Shown: positions 17,885 to 27,746, counted from the stretch's first letter. The stretch is 64,000 nucleotides of DNA from an uncultured Lachnospiraceae bacterium (GCA_964383665.1 CAYLHO010000002.1:66544-130543); one strand, 5' to 3'. Program-made: numbers and translations. The notes: generated from the sequence alone by a model not told the origin.

Positions 17885-18331
17885 ATGGATTTTGCAAAGA
17901 GAAATAAAAAGTATAACGAATATGTAAGTTCAAAAATTCCTAAAACAAGAAGTTGGCCAACACTTTTCAACGCGTTTTGGGTTGGCGGAGTTATTTGCAT
18001 GGTTGGGCAAGGAATTGGCGATGGGATTAAGGCAATTTGGCCAGACCTTTCCGGGGCTTCTGTTTCGGGGTGGATTTCAATTATTTTAATTTTCATTGCC
18101 TCGCTTCTAACTGGAATTGGAATTTACGATCGAATTGGCGCTTATGCTGGCGCGGGGTCGATTGTTCCAATAACAGGGTTTTCAAACTCGATAACAAGCC
18201 CTGCAATGGATTTTAAAAACGAAGGGATAATTTTTGGGCTTTGCGTTAAGATGTTCACAATTGCCGGACCAGTTATTGTTATTGGTGTTTTGGCAAGTGC
18301 GGTTGTTGGGCTTATCTACTTGTTTATTTAA
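17885..18331 (+). CDS. spoVAC: Stage V sporulation protein AC
   Basis: Four-helix membrane protein (WVGGVICMVGQGIGD..., GAGSIVPITGFSNS). ATG at 17885 follows AAAGGAG. The ORF-track start at 17819 has no RBS. Confidence 0.85.
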   Translation: MDFAKRNKKYNEYVSSKIPKTRSWPTLFNAFWVGGVICMVGQGIGDGIKAIWPDLSGASVSGWISIILIFIASLLTGIGIYDRIGAYAGAGSIVPITGFSNSITSPAMDFKNEGIIFGLCVKMFTIAGPVIVIGVLASAVVGLIYLFI

Positions 18332-18343
18332 GGAGAAAAATTT

Positions 18344-19447
18344 ATGCAAAAAGAAAGAAAGTTTCAAACAATTAAATTCAAAAACAAACCAAGAATTATT
18401 GGGAACTATTCAATTGTTGGACCAAAAGAAGGAGAAGGACCTTTTGGCGAAATGTTTGATTATGTTATGAAAGACGATTTTTTCGGCGAGAAAACATACG
18501 AAAAGGCAGAACGCAAAATGCTTGAGCATGCAATTTTTGGCGCAACCGACAAGGCACATCTTAATCCAAAAGATGTTGACATGCTTGTTTGCGGCGATTT
18601 GCTTAATCAAATTATAACTTCAAGCTATGCGGCAAGGGCTTTTGACGTTTGCTATTTAGGAATTTTTTCGGCGTGTTCCGCAATGGCTCTTTCAATTGGA
18701 ATTGGTTCAACAATGATCGACGGGGGATATTTCAACACCGTCGCATGCGCAACATCAAGCCATTTTTCAACGGCAGAACGTCAGTTCCGTTTTCCTCTTG
18801 AACTTGGCAACCAGCGCCCGCCAACCGCGCAATGGACTTGCACTGCATCGGGTTGCACGGTTCTTTCAAAAGATGGAGATGGCCCATACATCGACTCCAT
18901 AACCTTTGGGAAAGTTATGGATTTTGGAATTTGCGATGTTAACAACATGGGCGCGGCAATGGCACCTGCTGCAATGGAAACAATGATTTCAGTTTTTGAG
19001 GACACAAAAACAAAACCGGAAGACTATGACCTTATTGTTACAGGGGACCTTGGAAAACTTGGGGTTGAAATTTTGCTTGACCTGATGGAGAACCAGGGAT
19101 ATAAACTTGGAACAAACTATGGCGATTGCGGGCAAATGATGTTTTTCCACGACCAAAATGTTTTGATGGGCGGTTCGGGCTGTGGCTGCTCGGCATCAAT
19201 TTTTAATTCATACATTGTTGAGCGGCTTAAAACTGGTCAGCTTAAAAATGTTCTTTATGTTGCAACTGGGGCTCTTCTTTCAACAACCTCGTGCCAACAG
19301 GGGGAATCAATTCCTGGAATTGCCCACGGAATTGTTATTAAAAGCGACCCACCTTTCAAAGAAAAAACTGTAACTCAAAACGAGAAAGAAAAAGTTGCAA
19401 AAAGCGTTGAGAAACAAATTGAAAAGTTTAATGCGGAGGAGGATTGA
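18344..19447 (+). CDS. spoVAD: Stage V sporulation protein AD (thiolase-fold)
   Basis: 367 aa with SpoVAD-like blocks (GPKEGEGP, GDLLNQI, SACSAMA, GGSGCGCSA). Sits between spoVAC and spoVAE. Confidence 0.88.
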   Translation: MQKERKFQTIKFKNKPRIIGNYSIVGPKEGEGPFGEMFDYVMKDDFFGEKTYEKAERKMLEHAIFGATDKAHLNPKDVDMLVCGDLLNQIITSSYAARAFDVCYLGIFSACSAMALSIGIGSTMIDGGYFNTVACATSSHFSTAERQFRFPLELGNQRPPTAQWTCTASGCTVLSKDGDGPYIDSITFGKVMDFGICDVNNMGAAMAPAAMETMISVFEDTKTKPEDYDLIVTGDLGKLGVEILLDLMENQGYKLGTNYGDCGQMMFFHDQNVLMGGSGCGCSASIFNSYIVERLKTGQLKNVLYVATGALLSTTSCQQGESIPGIAHGIVIKSDPPFKEKTVTQNEKEKVAKSVEKQIEKFNAEED

Positions 19448-19448
19448 T

Positions 19449-19820
19449 ATGGAAATCTTTTTAAATTACTTATATTGTTTTTTAATTGGTGGGTTTGTTT
19501 GTTTAATTGGTCAAATTCTTGTTATTCGAACAAACATGACAACTTCAAGAATTCTTGTTTCTTTTGTTCTTCTTGGGGTTTTACTTGAGGCAACAACCGC
19601 CTATGATTATATCTATGGAGTTGCGGGGGCAGGAATTTCCGTTCCAATTGTTGGGTTTGGCGCAAGCCTTGCAAAAGGAGCAATAAGCGCTGTTAAATCG
19701 AAAGGAATCATTGGAATTTTCACGGGCGGACTTGAAGCAACAGCGGGAGGAATTGCCGCAGCAGTAATCTTTGCATTCATTTTTGCATTAATTTTCCGCG
19801 CAAAAACAAAAAAATCCTAA
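19449..19820 (+). CDS. spoVAE: Stage V sporulation protein AE
   Basis: 123-aa membrane protein paralogous to SpoVAC (GAGISVPIVGFGASL). ATG at 19449 is 2 nt after the spoVAD TGA and preceded by GGAGGAGG. Confidence 0.85.
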   Translation: MEIFLNYLYCFLIGGFVCLIGQILVIRTNMTTSRILVSFVLLGVLLEATTAYDYIYGVAGAGISVPIVGFGASLAKGAISAVKSKGIIGIFTGGLEATAGGIAAAVIFAFIFALIFRAKTKKS

Positions 19821-19841
19821 TTTTATTATAGGATTTTTTTA
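19808..19841. terminator. Bidirectional terminator between spoVAE and the convergent rel gene
   Basis: AAAAAAATCCTA attttatta TAGGATTTTTTT. Confidence 0.75.
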
Positions 19842-21815
19842 TTTTTTCCATTCAACTTCAATAAGCCGGTCTTTGTCGAAAAATGAAACATTTGGACATT
19901 GTTTTCTGTGGACAATAATTCCTCGACCTTGCGAAACAAATCCAACAATTTCATCGCCCTCAATTGGACAACAGCATTTCGCAAATTTAACCATTAAATT
20001 GTTAACACCTTTAACATCAATTTGAGTGTCGTTCGGGTTGTAGGAAATTGATTCAATTTGAGTTGTTTGGAATTTTTCTTGTTGTTTTTTGATGTCCGCT
20101 TGATAGATTTGAATAAGTTTTCCTGCAAAAACTTTTGCAGAATAAGCGCCGTGTCCGATGCTTGCTAAAAGTTCGTCAAGTTCAGAAAAATTATATTTTT
20201 CCAAAAGCGACTGAATAAATTTTTTCTCGGTTACTTTTGAAACCGAATAGCCAAGGCTCTTAATTGCCTGTTCAAACATTATTCTCCCATTTTTTATGTT
20301 TTCTTCCTTAACTTCTTTTCTGAAGTAAGATCGAAGTTTCGCTTTCGCTTGAGTTGATTTAACAACTTTAAGCCAATCGCGAGAAGGTCCATGGGAATTT
20401 GGGCTTGTTATAATTTCAACAATGTCGCCGTTTGAAAGAGGTTTGGTTAACGGTTGCATTTTTCCATTAACCTTTGCTCCAACGCATTGGTTTCCGATGT
20501 CGGAGTGGATTAAGTAAGCAAAATCGATTGGAGTTGAATTCTCTGGCATATGGAGAACTTTCCCTCTTGGCGATTGAACAAAAATTTCGCCGTCGTAAAT
20601 GTCTACGTGAAGAGAATTGATAAGGTCTTCGCTCGACATAAATTTTTCGTTTTCCATGATTTCGCGAACCCAGCCAAGGCGCTCGTCAAGAGAATCTTGT
20701 TTGGTTCGTCTTTCTTTATACATCCAATGCGCGGCAACACCGAATTCCGCCATTCGATGCATCTCTTGAGTTCTTATTTGAATTTCAACAGGAACTCCTT
20801 CGAACATGATTGTTGTGTGGAGAGATTGATAGCCGTTGGATTTTGGAATTGAAATGTAATCCTTAAATCTGTTTTGAAGAGGCATGAAATTTTCGTTAAT
20901 TTTTCCAAGGAGAGCATAGCAATCGGCAACTGAATTTAAAATTGCGCGAACAGCAACAAGGTCGTAAATTTTGTCAAGATCGCCACCTTTTTCTTTAAGT
21001 TTTTTGCTTATGCTGTAAATATGTTTTTTTCTTCCCATAACGTCGCCCGAAATTCCAAGGTCGGCTATGAAAACTTTAATTTGCGATTTCAAATCCTCAA
21101 CAATTTTTTCACGTTCTATATACCTTATGTCAACTTCGCGTTTGATGTTTGAAAACTCTTGAGGATGGAGAATTTCAAACGAAATGTCCTCAAGTTGACT
21201 TTTAACAGATGAAAGCCCAAGGCGAGCGGCAAGAGGAGCAAACAAATCTAAAATTTGTTTTGCTTTTTCAGTTACAGTCAAGTTGGATTGAGGCTTGAAA
21301 GCCCCAGATTTTGCGTTTTCCTTTTTAATTTGTTCCTCGGCAAATGCAGAGCTGTATAATTTTATCTCGGCCAAAACAAAACAGATTTTAACAAGAATAA
21401 CACGAACGTCTTTTGCAAGGGCAAAAAACATTTGACGAATGTTTTCGGCTTCCTCTTGCTCATTGGTGTAAGAAATGTCGATAAGTTTTTTTAAACTGTG
21501 GAGGAAAATAACAACCTCTTCACCAAACTCTTGCTCAAGGCTCTTTTTAAACTTTGCCCGTTCTTCTTCAAAAGTTCTTTTCTTTTCCTCTTCTTCTTTC
21601 TTTTTTGCTTCATCAAAAAGTTTTGCTTCAGCCTTTGACGGGGCGGAATAAATTGAGGTTTTGATGTATGGAAAATATAAATAGCATGCCAAAACACATT
21701 CATCGCCAAGATGAAGTTTTTCAACTTGTTCAATTGTTAAAAGGCAAATTTGCTTTTCTTGAGGCGTTGTTGACTTTTCAAAAAGTTTTTTTGCGCTTTG
21801 AAGTTTATTTTCCAT
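19839..21815 (-). CDS. relA: Long RelA/SpoT-homologue (p)ppGpp synthetase with degenerate N-terminal hydrolase domain
   Basis: Intact synthetase (HIYSISKKL, YDLVAVRAIL, YQSLHTTI, VEIQIRTQEMH, GVAAHWMYKE), TGS and C-terminal domains. The start is uncertain: 21815, ATG 7 nt after TGaTATAAT, or 21854. Confidence 0.85.
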   Translation of the reverse strand: MENKLQSAKKLFEKSTTPQEKQICLLTIEQVEKLHLGDECVLACYLYFPYIKTSIYSAPSKAEAKLFDEAKKKEEEEKKRTFEEERAKFKKSLEQEFGEEVVIFLHSLKKLIDISYTNEQEEAENIRQMFFALAKDVRVILVKICFVLAEIKLYSSAFAEEQIKKENAKSGAFKPQSNLTVTEKAKQILDLFAPLAARLGLSSVKSQLEDISFEILHPQEFSNIKREVDIRYIEREKIVEDLKSQIKVFIADLGISGDVMGRKKHIYSISKKLKEKGGDLDKIYDLVAVRAILNSVADCYALLGKINENFMPLQNRFKDYISIPKSNGYQSLHTTIMFEGVPVEIQIRTQEMHRMAEFGVAAHWMYKERRTKQDSLDERLGWVREIMENEKFMSSEDLINSLHVDIYDGEIFVQSPRGKVLHMPENSTPIDFAYLIHSDIGNQCVGAKVNGKMQPLTKPLSNGDIVEIITSPNSHGPSRDWLKVVKSTQAKAKLRSYFRKEVKEENIKNGRIMFEQAIKSLGYSVSKVTEKKFIQSLLEKYNFSELDELLASIGHGAYSAKVFAGKLIQIYQADIKKQQEKFQTTQIESISYNPNDTQIDVKGVNNLMVKFAKCCCPIEGDEIVGFVSQGRGIIVHRKQCPNVSFFDKDRLIEVEWKK

Positions 21816-21852
21816 CAAAAATATTATATCAAACAAAAATAATTTATAAAAC

Positions 21853-21876
21853 AAAAAAAGAGGCGCTTTCGCCTCA
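21853..21876 (-). terminator. Rho-independent terminator after the M23 peptidase gene
   Basis: Minus strand reads GAGGCG aaag CGCCTC followed by TTTTTTT. Confidence 0.75.
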
Positions 21877-21897
21877 ATTTTTTTCTTGCAATATTAA

Positions 21898-22506
21898 CTA
21901 TTTTGTTTCAATGTTTAAAAAGTCGGCTGGATTAACTTCTGTTTCGTCTTGGTATAGTTGAAAATGGAGATGTTTTCCGCTTTTTGTTTCGTTTTTTGCG
22001 CTTGAACTTATTTCTCCAATTTTTTGCCCGCGCGAAACAGTGTCGCCTTCCTTAACAAGAATGTTCGAATCGAGAGAACCATATTTCGATGTGTAAACTT
22101 CGTTGTGCTTAATGATAACAACTGTTCCTTCAAGGTCGTTTGTGTAAACTTTAGTAACTGTTCCTTCTGCGGTTGCAAGAACATCAAGGTTCTCACTTAC
22201 AAGGTCGAGCCCATGGTGGGTTGCAAACCAGCCAAGTGTTTCATTGAAAACAAACTTGTCGGTTACGTGTGATGTTAAAACGGAGCAGTCCTCAAGAGGC
22301 AAATCGAAGTTTAGTGCATACGCATTAACTGGTTCGATTGGGTCTTGATTGTCAATTTCTAAATTTGATTTCCCGCCAAGAGATGTTAAAACAACAGTTA
22401 AAGTTATTGCAAGAATTAAAGCGGCTGCAACGAAATAGTAGCCATATTTTTTCATGAAGTTAATAAACTTTTCTCCTCTTTTGTCAATTTTGATTTCGTT
22501 TTCCAT
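21898..22506 (-). CDS. Membrane-anchored M23/LytM peptidase, SpoIIQ-like architecture
   Basis: N-terminal TM helix (YYFVAAALILAITLTVVL) plus a LytM domain with HHGLD and HLHF metal motifs. The start at 22506 follows GGAGGA by 9 nt. Confidence 0.75.
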   Translation of the reverse strand: MENEIKIDKRGEKFINFMKKYGYYFVAAALILAITLTVVLTSLGGKSNLEIDNQDPIEPVNAYALNFDLPLEDCSVLTSHVTDKFVFNETLGWFATHHGLDLVSENLDVLATAEGTVTKVYTNDLEGTVVIIKHNEVYTSKYGSLDSNILVKEGDTVSRGQKIGEISSSAKNETKSGKHLHFQLYQDETEVNPADFLNIETK

Positions 22507-22572
22507 AAATTTTTGTTCCTCCATGCAACAATTGTTGACACAATTTATCAATTTATACATAAACATTTGAAA

Positions 22573-22944
22573 TTAATAACCGGTTTGAATTATGGGGAAT
22601 CCAACAACACTTTTTTCGCCGTTAAAAGCAATTTGAAGGTTGACTTTTTGACCTTTGGAAAGAATAAATGAATTAATGTTTTCAACAAAACAATAGTAGA
22701 GTTCCAAACCCTCGTTTTCCAAAATTTGTTTGCTATGTATTTTTGCATTAAGTTTTTTGATTATCTCGTTTGGCGTAAGTTGTGTTTCAAAGCAATAACT
22801 GTTTTCAAAATTTTGATTTTCAACAACAAAAATTTCGTTTGCATTAAGTTTTTCAATTGCTTCTTTTTCTTTCCCAAAAAGAAAAGCCCCGCAAAGAAGC
22901 AAAATAACTAAAATAAAAATCCCAAAGCGAAGTTTTGTTGCCAT
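22573..22944 (-). CDS. Small membrane-anchored protein, possibly YwmB/DUF1779-like
   Basis: 123 aa from the ATG at 22944 (MATKLRFGIFILVILLL...). The C-terminal VNLQIAF...VVGFPIIQTGY resembles my recollection of the YwmB-family C-terminus. Weak assignment. Confidence 0.35.
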   Translation of the reverse strand: MATKLRFGIFILVILLLCGAFLFGKEKEAIEKLNANEIFVVENQNFENSYCFETQLTPNEIIKKLNAKIHSKQILENEGLELYYCFVENINSFILSKGQKVNLQIAFNGEKSVVGFPIIQTGY

Positions 22945-22972
22945 GGGATAATTATTGACACAATTTTTTTTG

Positions 22973-24160
22973 CTAAACAACGTTGAGATAGCCGAAGCGG
23001 GAAATGAGTTTTGGGAAGAAAGAAGATGAAACAAGGGGAAGAATTTCAAGCGATGAAAAAAGGTCGAGCTCGTTAATCATTCTTAATCGGGTTTTGCTTG
23101 TGTTAAGGTGGGAAAGTTTTCCTTGAAATTTTGAAATTGAAACCTGTTTTTCCAAACACCTTTCAACAAGTTTAACGCGCGCTGCTTGAATTTTGAATTG
23201 TAAATTTTGATTTAATAAATAATTTGTTTTTAAAATATAATTATTAAAATATTCTTCATTATTTTTTGGAACTTGAAAAAAATCGGTTTTTTTGCTTAAA
23301 ATTTGCAAAATTTTATCTCTTTCAGGGATATTCTTTGGAAGAATTAATTTCTGTTTTAAAAAGTTTGAATAACATTTCAAAAGAACTTGACTGCAAAGCA
23401 AAAACTTTTCGCCAAAGTTATGGGAAAGAGTTGAGCAGTTAATTGAATTTGCTAAAATTAAAGCAGCATTTTCTTTTTCAAAAGAAATTAAATTTGAAAG
23501 ATCGTAAACATAGTCCATTAAGTTCAAAATTGCAAACGAGTTTGAAAGAGAAAGCCAACCGCAAAGTTCTTCAATTTTTTTAATTTTCGATTTGATTTCT
23601 GTTAAATTTGGGTTTGGTTCAAAAGCAACAAGTTCTTGCGTTTCAATTGCAAAAACGTGTTCCAAAAGGCCAAGCGAAAAACAAAGAGTTGAGGATATGA
23701 ATTGGTCGGGGCTTTTGTTAACAACCGTTTCGTCAAGATAAACTTTTGTTGGAGTTGGGGTTTCAACAATTTCTGGAATTGAGTTGCATAAAACAGCAAT
23801 GTTATTAAAAATTCCAAAGTGTGTTATTGTTGTTGGAACAATAACACATGGGAGAGAAAGTTTTTTTGCAACAATTTTTGCTGTGTCGGAAACTGTTCCT
23901 GCTCCAAGAGCAACAATAACATTTGCGCTTTTAACAAATGAACATGCTTTAAGAACGTTTTCGCTTGTGCATTTTGCACATTTAGGAAGGCAATATGTCC
24001 AAAAGGTTACGTTATTTTCGTTAAGCAAATTTGAAATTAACGGAAGATATTGTTCCTTTGGCGTTGGCGAAGTTAAAATAAAAACTTTGTTATATTGTTT
24101 AATTTCTGTGCAAAACTTTTTTATAGCATCTTTTTCAAAAATCACTCTGTTTTCTTTCAT
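22973..24160 (-). CDS. Divergent iron-ADH / glycerol-1-phosphate dehydrogenase-like (DHQS-like fold) protein
   Basis: 395 aa from the ATG at 24160. ALGAGTVSDTAKIVAKKLSLPCVIVPTTITHFG parallels the GGGxxxDxxK...PT..SHDG nucleotide/metal region of this superfamily, but with substitutions. Confidence 0.45.
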   Translation of the reverse strand: MKENRVIFEKDAIKKFCTEIKQYNKVFILTSPTPKEQYLPLISNLLNENNVTFWTYCLPKCAKCTSENVLKACSFVKSANVIVALGAGTVSDTAKIVAKKLSLPCVIVPTTITHFGIFNNIAVLCNSIPEIVETPTPTKVYLDETVVNKSPDQFISSTLCFSLGLLEHVFAIETQELVAFEPNPNLTEIKSKIKKIEELCGWLSLSNSFAILNLMDYVYDLSNLISFEKENAALILANSINCSTLSHNFGEKFLLCSQVLLKCYSNFLKQKLILPKNIPERDKILQILSKKTDFFQVPKNNEEYFNNYILKTNYLLNQNLQFKIQAARVKLVERCLEKQVSISKFQGKLSHLNTSKTRLRMINELDLFSSLEILPLVSSSFFPKLISRFGYLNVV

Positions 24161-24285
24161 AAAAAAATCATAACACTTTCCCTCTTGCAAAAAATCGCGA
24201 AAAATGGGAGAAAAAAGCAAATTGAGGAACAAAAAGAAAAATTGTTTTGCTTATAACTTAAAAAGATGTAAAATATCATTAATTT

Positions 24286-26523
24286 ATGTGCGACATTGAA
24301 TGTATTATTGAAAGAATTAAATTTAGGAATGAAGAAAACGGCTACACAATTGCCGTTGCTTCAACATTCGACGATGAAATAACAATTGTTGGAAAATTCC
24401 TTAACATTAATGTTGGCGAGGCTCTTAAGGTTTATGGCGATTTTAACACATCGAAATATGGCGAGCAGTTTGAAGTTGAAAGATATGAATGTGTTGAACC
24501 AAAAACAAAAAAAGGAATAATTAAATACCTTTCAAGCGGGCTTATTCGAGGGGTTGGTCCAGTAACCGCAAAGGCAATTGTTGACGAGTTTGGGCTTAAC
24601 ACTTTGGAGGTTATTGAGTTCAACCCGAACAAGTTGCTTGCAGTTAAAGGAATATCAAAAAAGAAAATTGAAGTTATTTCCGAAAGTTTTTTGGACGTTA
24701 AAGAAATGCAAAATGCGATGATTTTTTTGCAAACATACAACATTTCGTCGAACATGGCAATCAAAATTTTTGAAAAATATCGAAATCAAACAGTTGAACT
24801 TGTTAAAGAAAACCCATATCGACTTGTTGAAGATATAAGCGGAATTGGGTTTGCAAGTGCGGATAAAATTGCAATGGAAATGGGGATTGCAAAAAACAGT
24901 TTGTTCCGTGTTAGAGCAGGCGTTTTGCACCTTCTTTTGGAAGCATCGGAAAAAGGCGGACACACTTTCCAATTCCGTCCGCAAGTTGATTCAATGCTTT
25001 CAAGCTTGCTTAACATTCCAAAAGAGGAATGCGAAGAGCTTGCAGAAAAAGTTTATGAAATTTTGCAAAAGGAAAATGCCATTAAAGTTTTCTGGAAAGA
25101 CAATAAAGAAATTATTTCAACTGCAAAACTATATAACACAGAAAAATCGGTTGCGGCAAAACTTGCGCTTCTTCAAAGCGCATCGGTTAGCATTAACTTA
25201 AATGTTGAAAGCGAAATCGATCAATTTGAGCGCCTTAACAAAATAAATCTTCACGTTGACCAAAAAAATGCAGTTAAACTTGCAATCAACAGCGGGGTTT
25301 GCGTTATAACAGGTGGCCCGGGAACAGGTAAAACAACAATTGTTTCATGCGTTTTGGAAATTCTTAAAATGCAACGAAAAAAAACTCTTTTGCTTGCGCC
25401 AACAGGTCGCGCGGCAAAAAGGCTTTCCGAAGCAACTGGGCTTGACGCAAGAACAATTCATCGTGCGCTTGAAATCAATTACAAAAATGATGGTGGGCTT
25501 TTTGTTTATAACGAGAGCAATCCAATTTCTTGCGATGCAATAATTGTTGACGAAGTTTCAATGGTTGACGTTAACTTGATGTTTAACTTGCTTAAAGCAA
25601 TTCCAAAAGGAGCAAAACTTATTCTCGTTGGCGACAAAGACCAACTTCCTTCTGTTGGTGCGGGAAACGTTTTGGCGGATATTTTGGCAAGCGAAACAAT
25701 TCCGGTTGCCGAGCTTACAAAAATTTATAGGCAGGAAAACAACAGTTTGATAATTTCCAACGCCCATTTAATCAACGCGGGGGAGATGCCGGTTTTAGAT
25801 AACAGAAGCAGCGACTTTTTCTTTGAGGCAAAGCCAGAGGCGGCGGAAACTTTCGAGTCAACAATTAATCTTGCAACAAAAAGAATTCCGGCATATTTGA
25901 AAATTGAACCGCAAAAAATTCAAGTTCTTGCGCCTCTCAAGGCGGGAGTTTGTGGGATTGAAAATCTTAACAAACAACTTCAGCAAAAACTTAACCCCCC
26001 GTCATTTGGGAAAAATGAGCTTAACATTGGCTCAATGATTCTTCGCGAAGGCGACAAGGTTATGCAAACTGCAAACAACTATAACCTTGAATGGAAAAAG
26101 GACAGCGGCTCAATTTTTGAGGAAAGCGGGCAAGGTGTTTTCAACGGCGACATGGGAATTGTTTCAAAAATTAACCTTCAAACGGGAGAGGTTGAAATTT
26201 TATTTGACGACCAAAAAGTTGCAACTTATCCGCGCGGAGAACTCAGCCAAATTGCTCTTGCCTATGCAATAACAATCCATAAAAGCCAGGGCTCGGAATT
26301 CGACGTTGTTATAATTCCAGTTGTTCCGGGTCCAAGTTTGATTTTAACGCGAAATTTGATTTACACCGCAGTTACAAGGGCAAAACGAATGGTTGTTTTG
26401 GTTGGGGATAAAACTGCGCTTTCAAGAATGGTTAAAAACTCTCACACGGCAAAAAGATACACCCTTTTAAAAGACTTTTTGATAAGCGAAAGCGACAAAA
26501 TGAAAAAACTTTTTGGAGAATAA
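24286..26523 (+). CDS. recD2: RecD2-type SF1B DNA helicase
   Basis: 745 aa. Walker A GGPGTGKTT, Walker B IIVDEVSMVD, GDKDQLPSVGAGNV, and C-terminal ITIHKSQGSEF and YTAVTRAK. Confidence 0.88.
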   Translation: MCDIECIIERIKFRNEENGYTIAVASTFDDEITIVGKFLNINVGEALKVYGDFNTSKYGEQFEVERYECVEPKTKKGIIKYLSSGLIRGVGPVTAKAIVDEFGLNTLEVIEFNPNKLLAVKGISKKKIEVISESFLDVKEMQNAMIFLQTYNISSNMAIKIFEKYRNQTVELVKENPYRLVEDISGIGFASADKIAMEMGIAKNSLFRVRAGVLHLLLEASEKGGHTFQFRPQVDSMLSSLLNIPKEECEELAEKVYEILQKENAIKVFWKDNKEIISTAKLYNTEKSVAAKLALLQSASVSINLNVESEIDQFERLNKINLHVDQKNAVKLAINSGVCVITGGPGTGKTTIVSCVLEILKMQRKKTLLLAPTGRAAKRLSEATGLDARTIHRALEINYKNDGGLFVYNESNPISCDAIIVDEVSMVDVNLMFNLLKAIPKGAKLILVGDKDQLPSVGAGNVLADILASETIPVAELTKIYRQENNSLIISNAHLINAGEMPVLDNRSSDFFFEAKPEAAETFESTINLATKRIPAYLKIEPQKIQVLAPLKAGVCGIENLNKQLQQKLNPPSFGKNELNIGSMILREGDKVMQTANNYNLEWKKDSGSIFEESGQGVFNGDMGIVSKINLQTGEVEILFDDQKVATYPRGELSQIALAYAITIHKSQGSEFDVVIIPVVPGPSLILTRNLIYTAVTRAKRMVVLVGDKTALSRMVKNSHTAKRYTLLKDFLISESDKMKKLFGE

Positions 26524-26527
26524 ACAA

Positions 26528-27268
26528 ATGAAGGAATTGATTAAAGAAATTTTTGATGATGCATTCGAATTTCTTTTTCCAAGCAACATAACTTGCTTTA
26601 TTTGCGGAGACGAAGTTGTTGAAAGTGAATTTTGTCTTTGTCCAAGCTGTGAGAAAAATCTTCCAAAAGTTGATAAACATTGTTTGAAATGTGGAAGCCC
26701 AATATATTCCAACGCTAATTATTGTTTGACATGCAAAAGCAATAAAAGGCATTTCGATTTTGCGCGTTCGGCATTAATATATAAAGACGGCGCTGCAAGG
26801 GCAGTTCAAGGGTTGAAATATGAAAACAAGAAATATCTTGCCTCTCCAATTGCCAAAATTATTGAAGTTGAATTTTTAAAGATGGAAAAGGAAGTTGGAA
26901 AATTTGATTTCATAATTCCAATTCCGCTTTCAAAAGAGAGATTTAAGAAAAGATGCTATAACCAAGCCGAACTTATTGCTTTGGAACTTTCGAAACTTGT
27001 TGATGTTCCAGTTGAAACGAAATGTGTTTTAAGAATTAAAGACACAGTTTCTCAAACCAAACTTTCGTTTAAAGAAAGACAAGAAAATCTTGACGGAGCG
27101 TTTAAAGTTGAGTTGAAAGAAACAATTAAAGGAAAAACGTTGCTCTTGATAGATGATGTTTTAACAACCGGTTCAACTGTTAGTCATTGCGCCGAAATTT
27201 TGAAAAGAGCAGGAGCAAAGGCGGTTTATGTTTTAACCTTTGCAACAACCGACAGCGACAGGACGTAA
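26528..27268 (+). CDS. comFC: ComF-family protein (double zinc ribbon + phosphoribosyltransferase domain)
   Basis: CFICG...CPSC...CLKCG...CLTC N-terminus and PRTase motif LLLIDDVLTTGST. The ATG at 26528 follows GGAG. Confidence 0.8.
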   Translation: MKELIKEIFDDAFEFLFPSNITCFICGDEVVESEFCLCPSCEKNLPKVDKHCLKCGSPIYSNANYCLTCKSNKRHFDFARSALIYKDGAARAVQGLKYENKKYLASPIAKIIEVEFLKMEKEVGKFDFIIPIPLSKERFKKRCYNQAELIALELSKLVDVPVETKCVLRIKDTVSQTKLSFKERQENLDGAFKVELKETIKGKTLLLIDDVLTTGSTVSHCAEILKRAGAKAVYVLTFATTDSDRT

Positions 27269-27418
27269 TTATGTTGAATTTATTAATTAAAATTTGTTCT
27301 AAAAAACTTTTGAAACAATGTGAAAATATTTTGTAAATCGCCGATTTTATGGTATTATTATCGTGTTAGATGGAAATACTTTCCCTAGCAAAATAAAGAA
27401 TAAAAGGAGATTTAAACA

Positions 27419-27688
27419 ATGAACAAAGGAGAATTAGTAAAAGCTATTGCTGCAGAAGCAGGATTAACACAAAAAGAAGCAGGACTTGCATTCGACGCAT
27501 ATGTTAATGCTGTTACAAATGAATTGAAAGCAGGAAACAAAGTAACAGTTCCAGGATTCGGAACATACGAAGTTAAATCAAGAGCTGCAAGAACAGGAAT
27601 TAACCCAGCAACAAAAGAAGAAATTAAAATTCCTGCATGCAAAACTCCAGTTTTCAAATTCGGCAAAAGCTATAAAGACCAATTTTAA
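27419..27688 (+). CDS. hup: DNA-binding protein HU
   Basis: 89 aa, MNKGELV...GFGTYEVKSRAARTGINPATKEEIKIPA..PVFKFGK. AAGGAG RBS. Confidence 0.95.
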   Translation: MNKGELVKAIAAEAGLTQKEAGLAFDAYVNAVTNELKAGNKVTVPGFGTYEVKSRAARTGINPATKEEIKIPACKTPVFKFGKSYKDQF

Positions 27689-27715
27689 TTTTGCTCTTTA
27701 GTTTGTTTGAATTTT

Positions 27716-27746
27716 GCTCCAACGTTTGTTGGAGCTTTTTATTTTT
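27716..27746 (+). terminator. Rho-independent terminator after hup
   Basis: GCTCCAAC gttt GTTGGAGC followed by TTTTTATTTTT. Confidence 0.8.
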
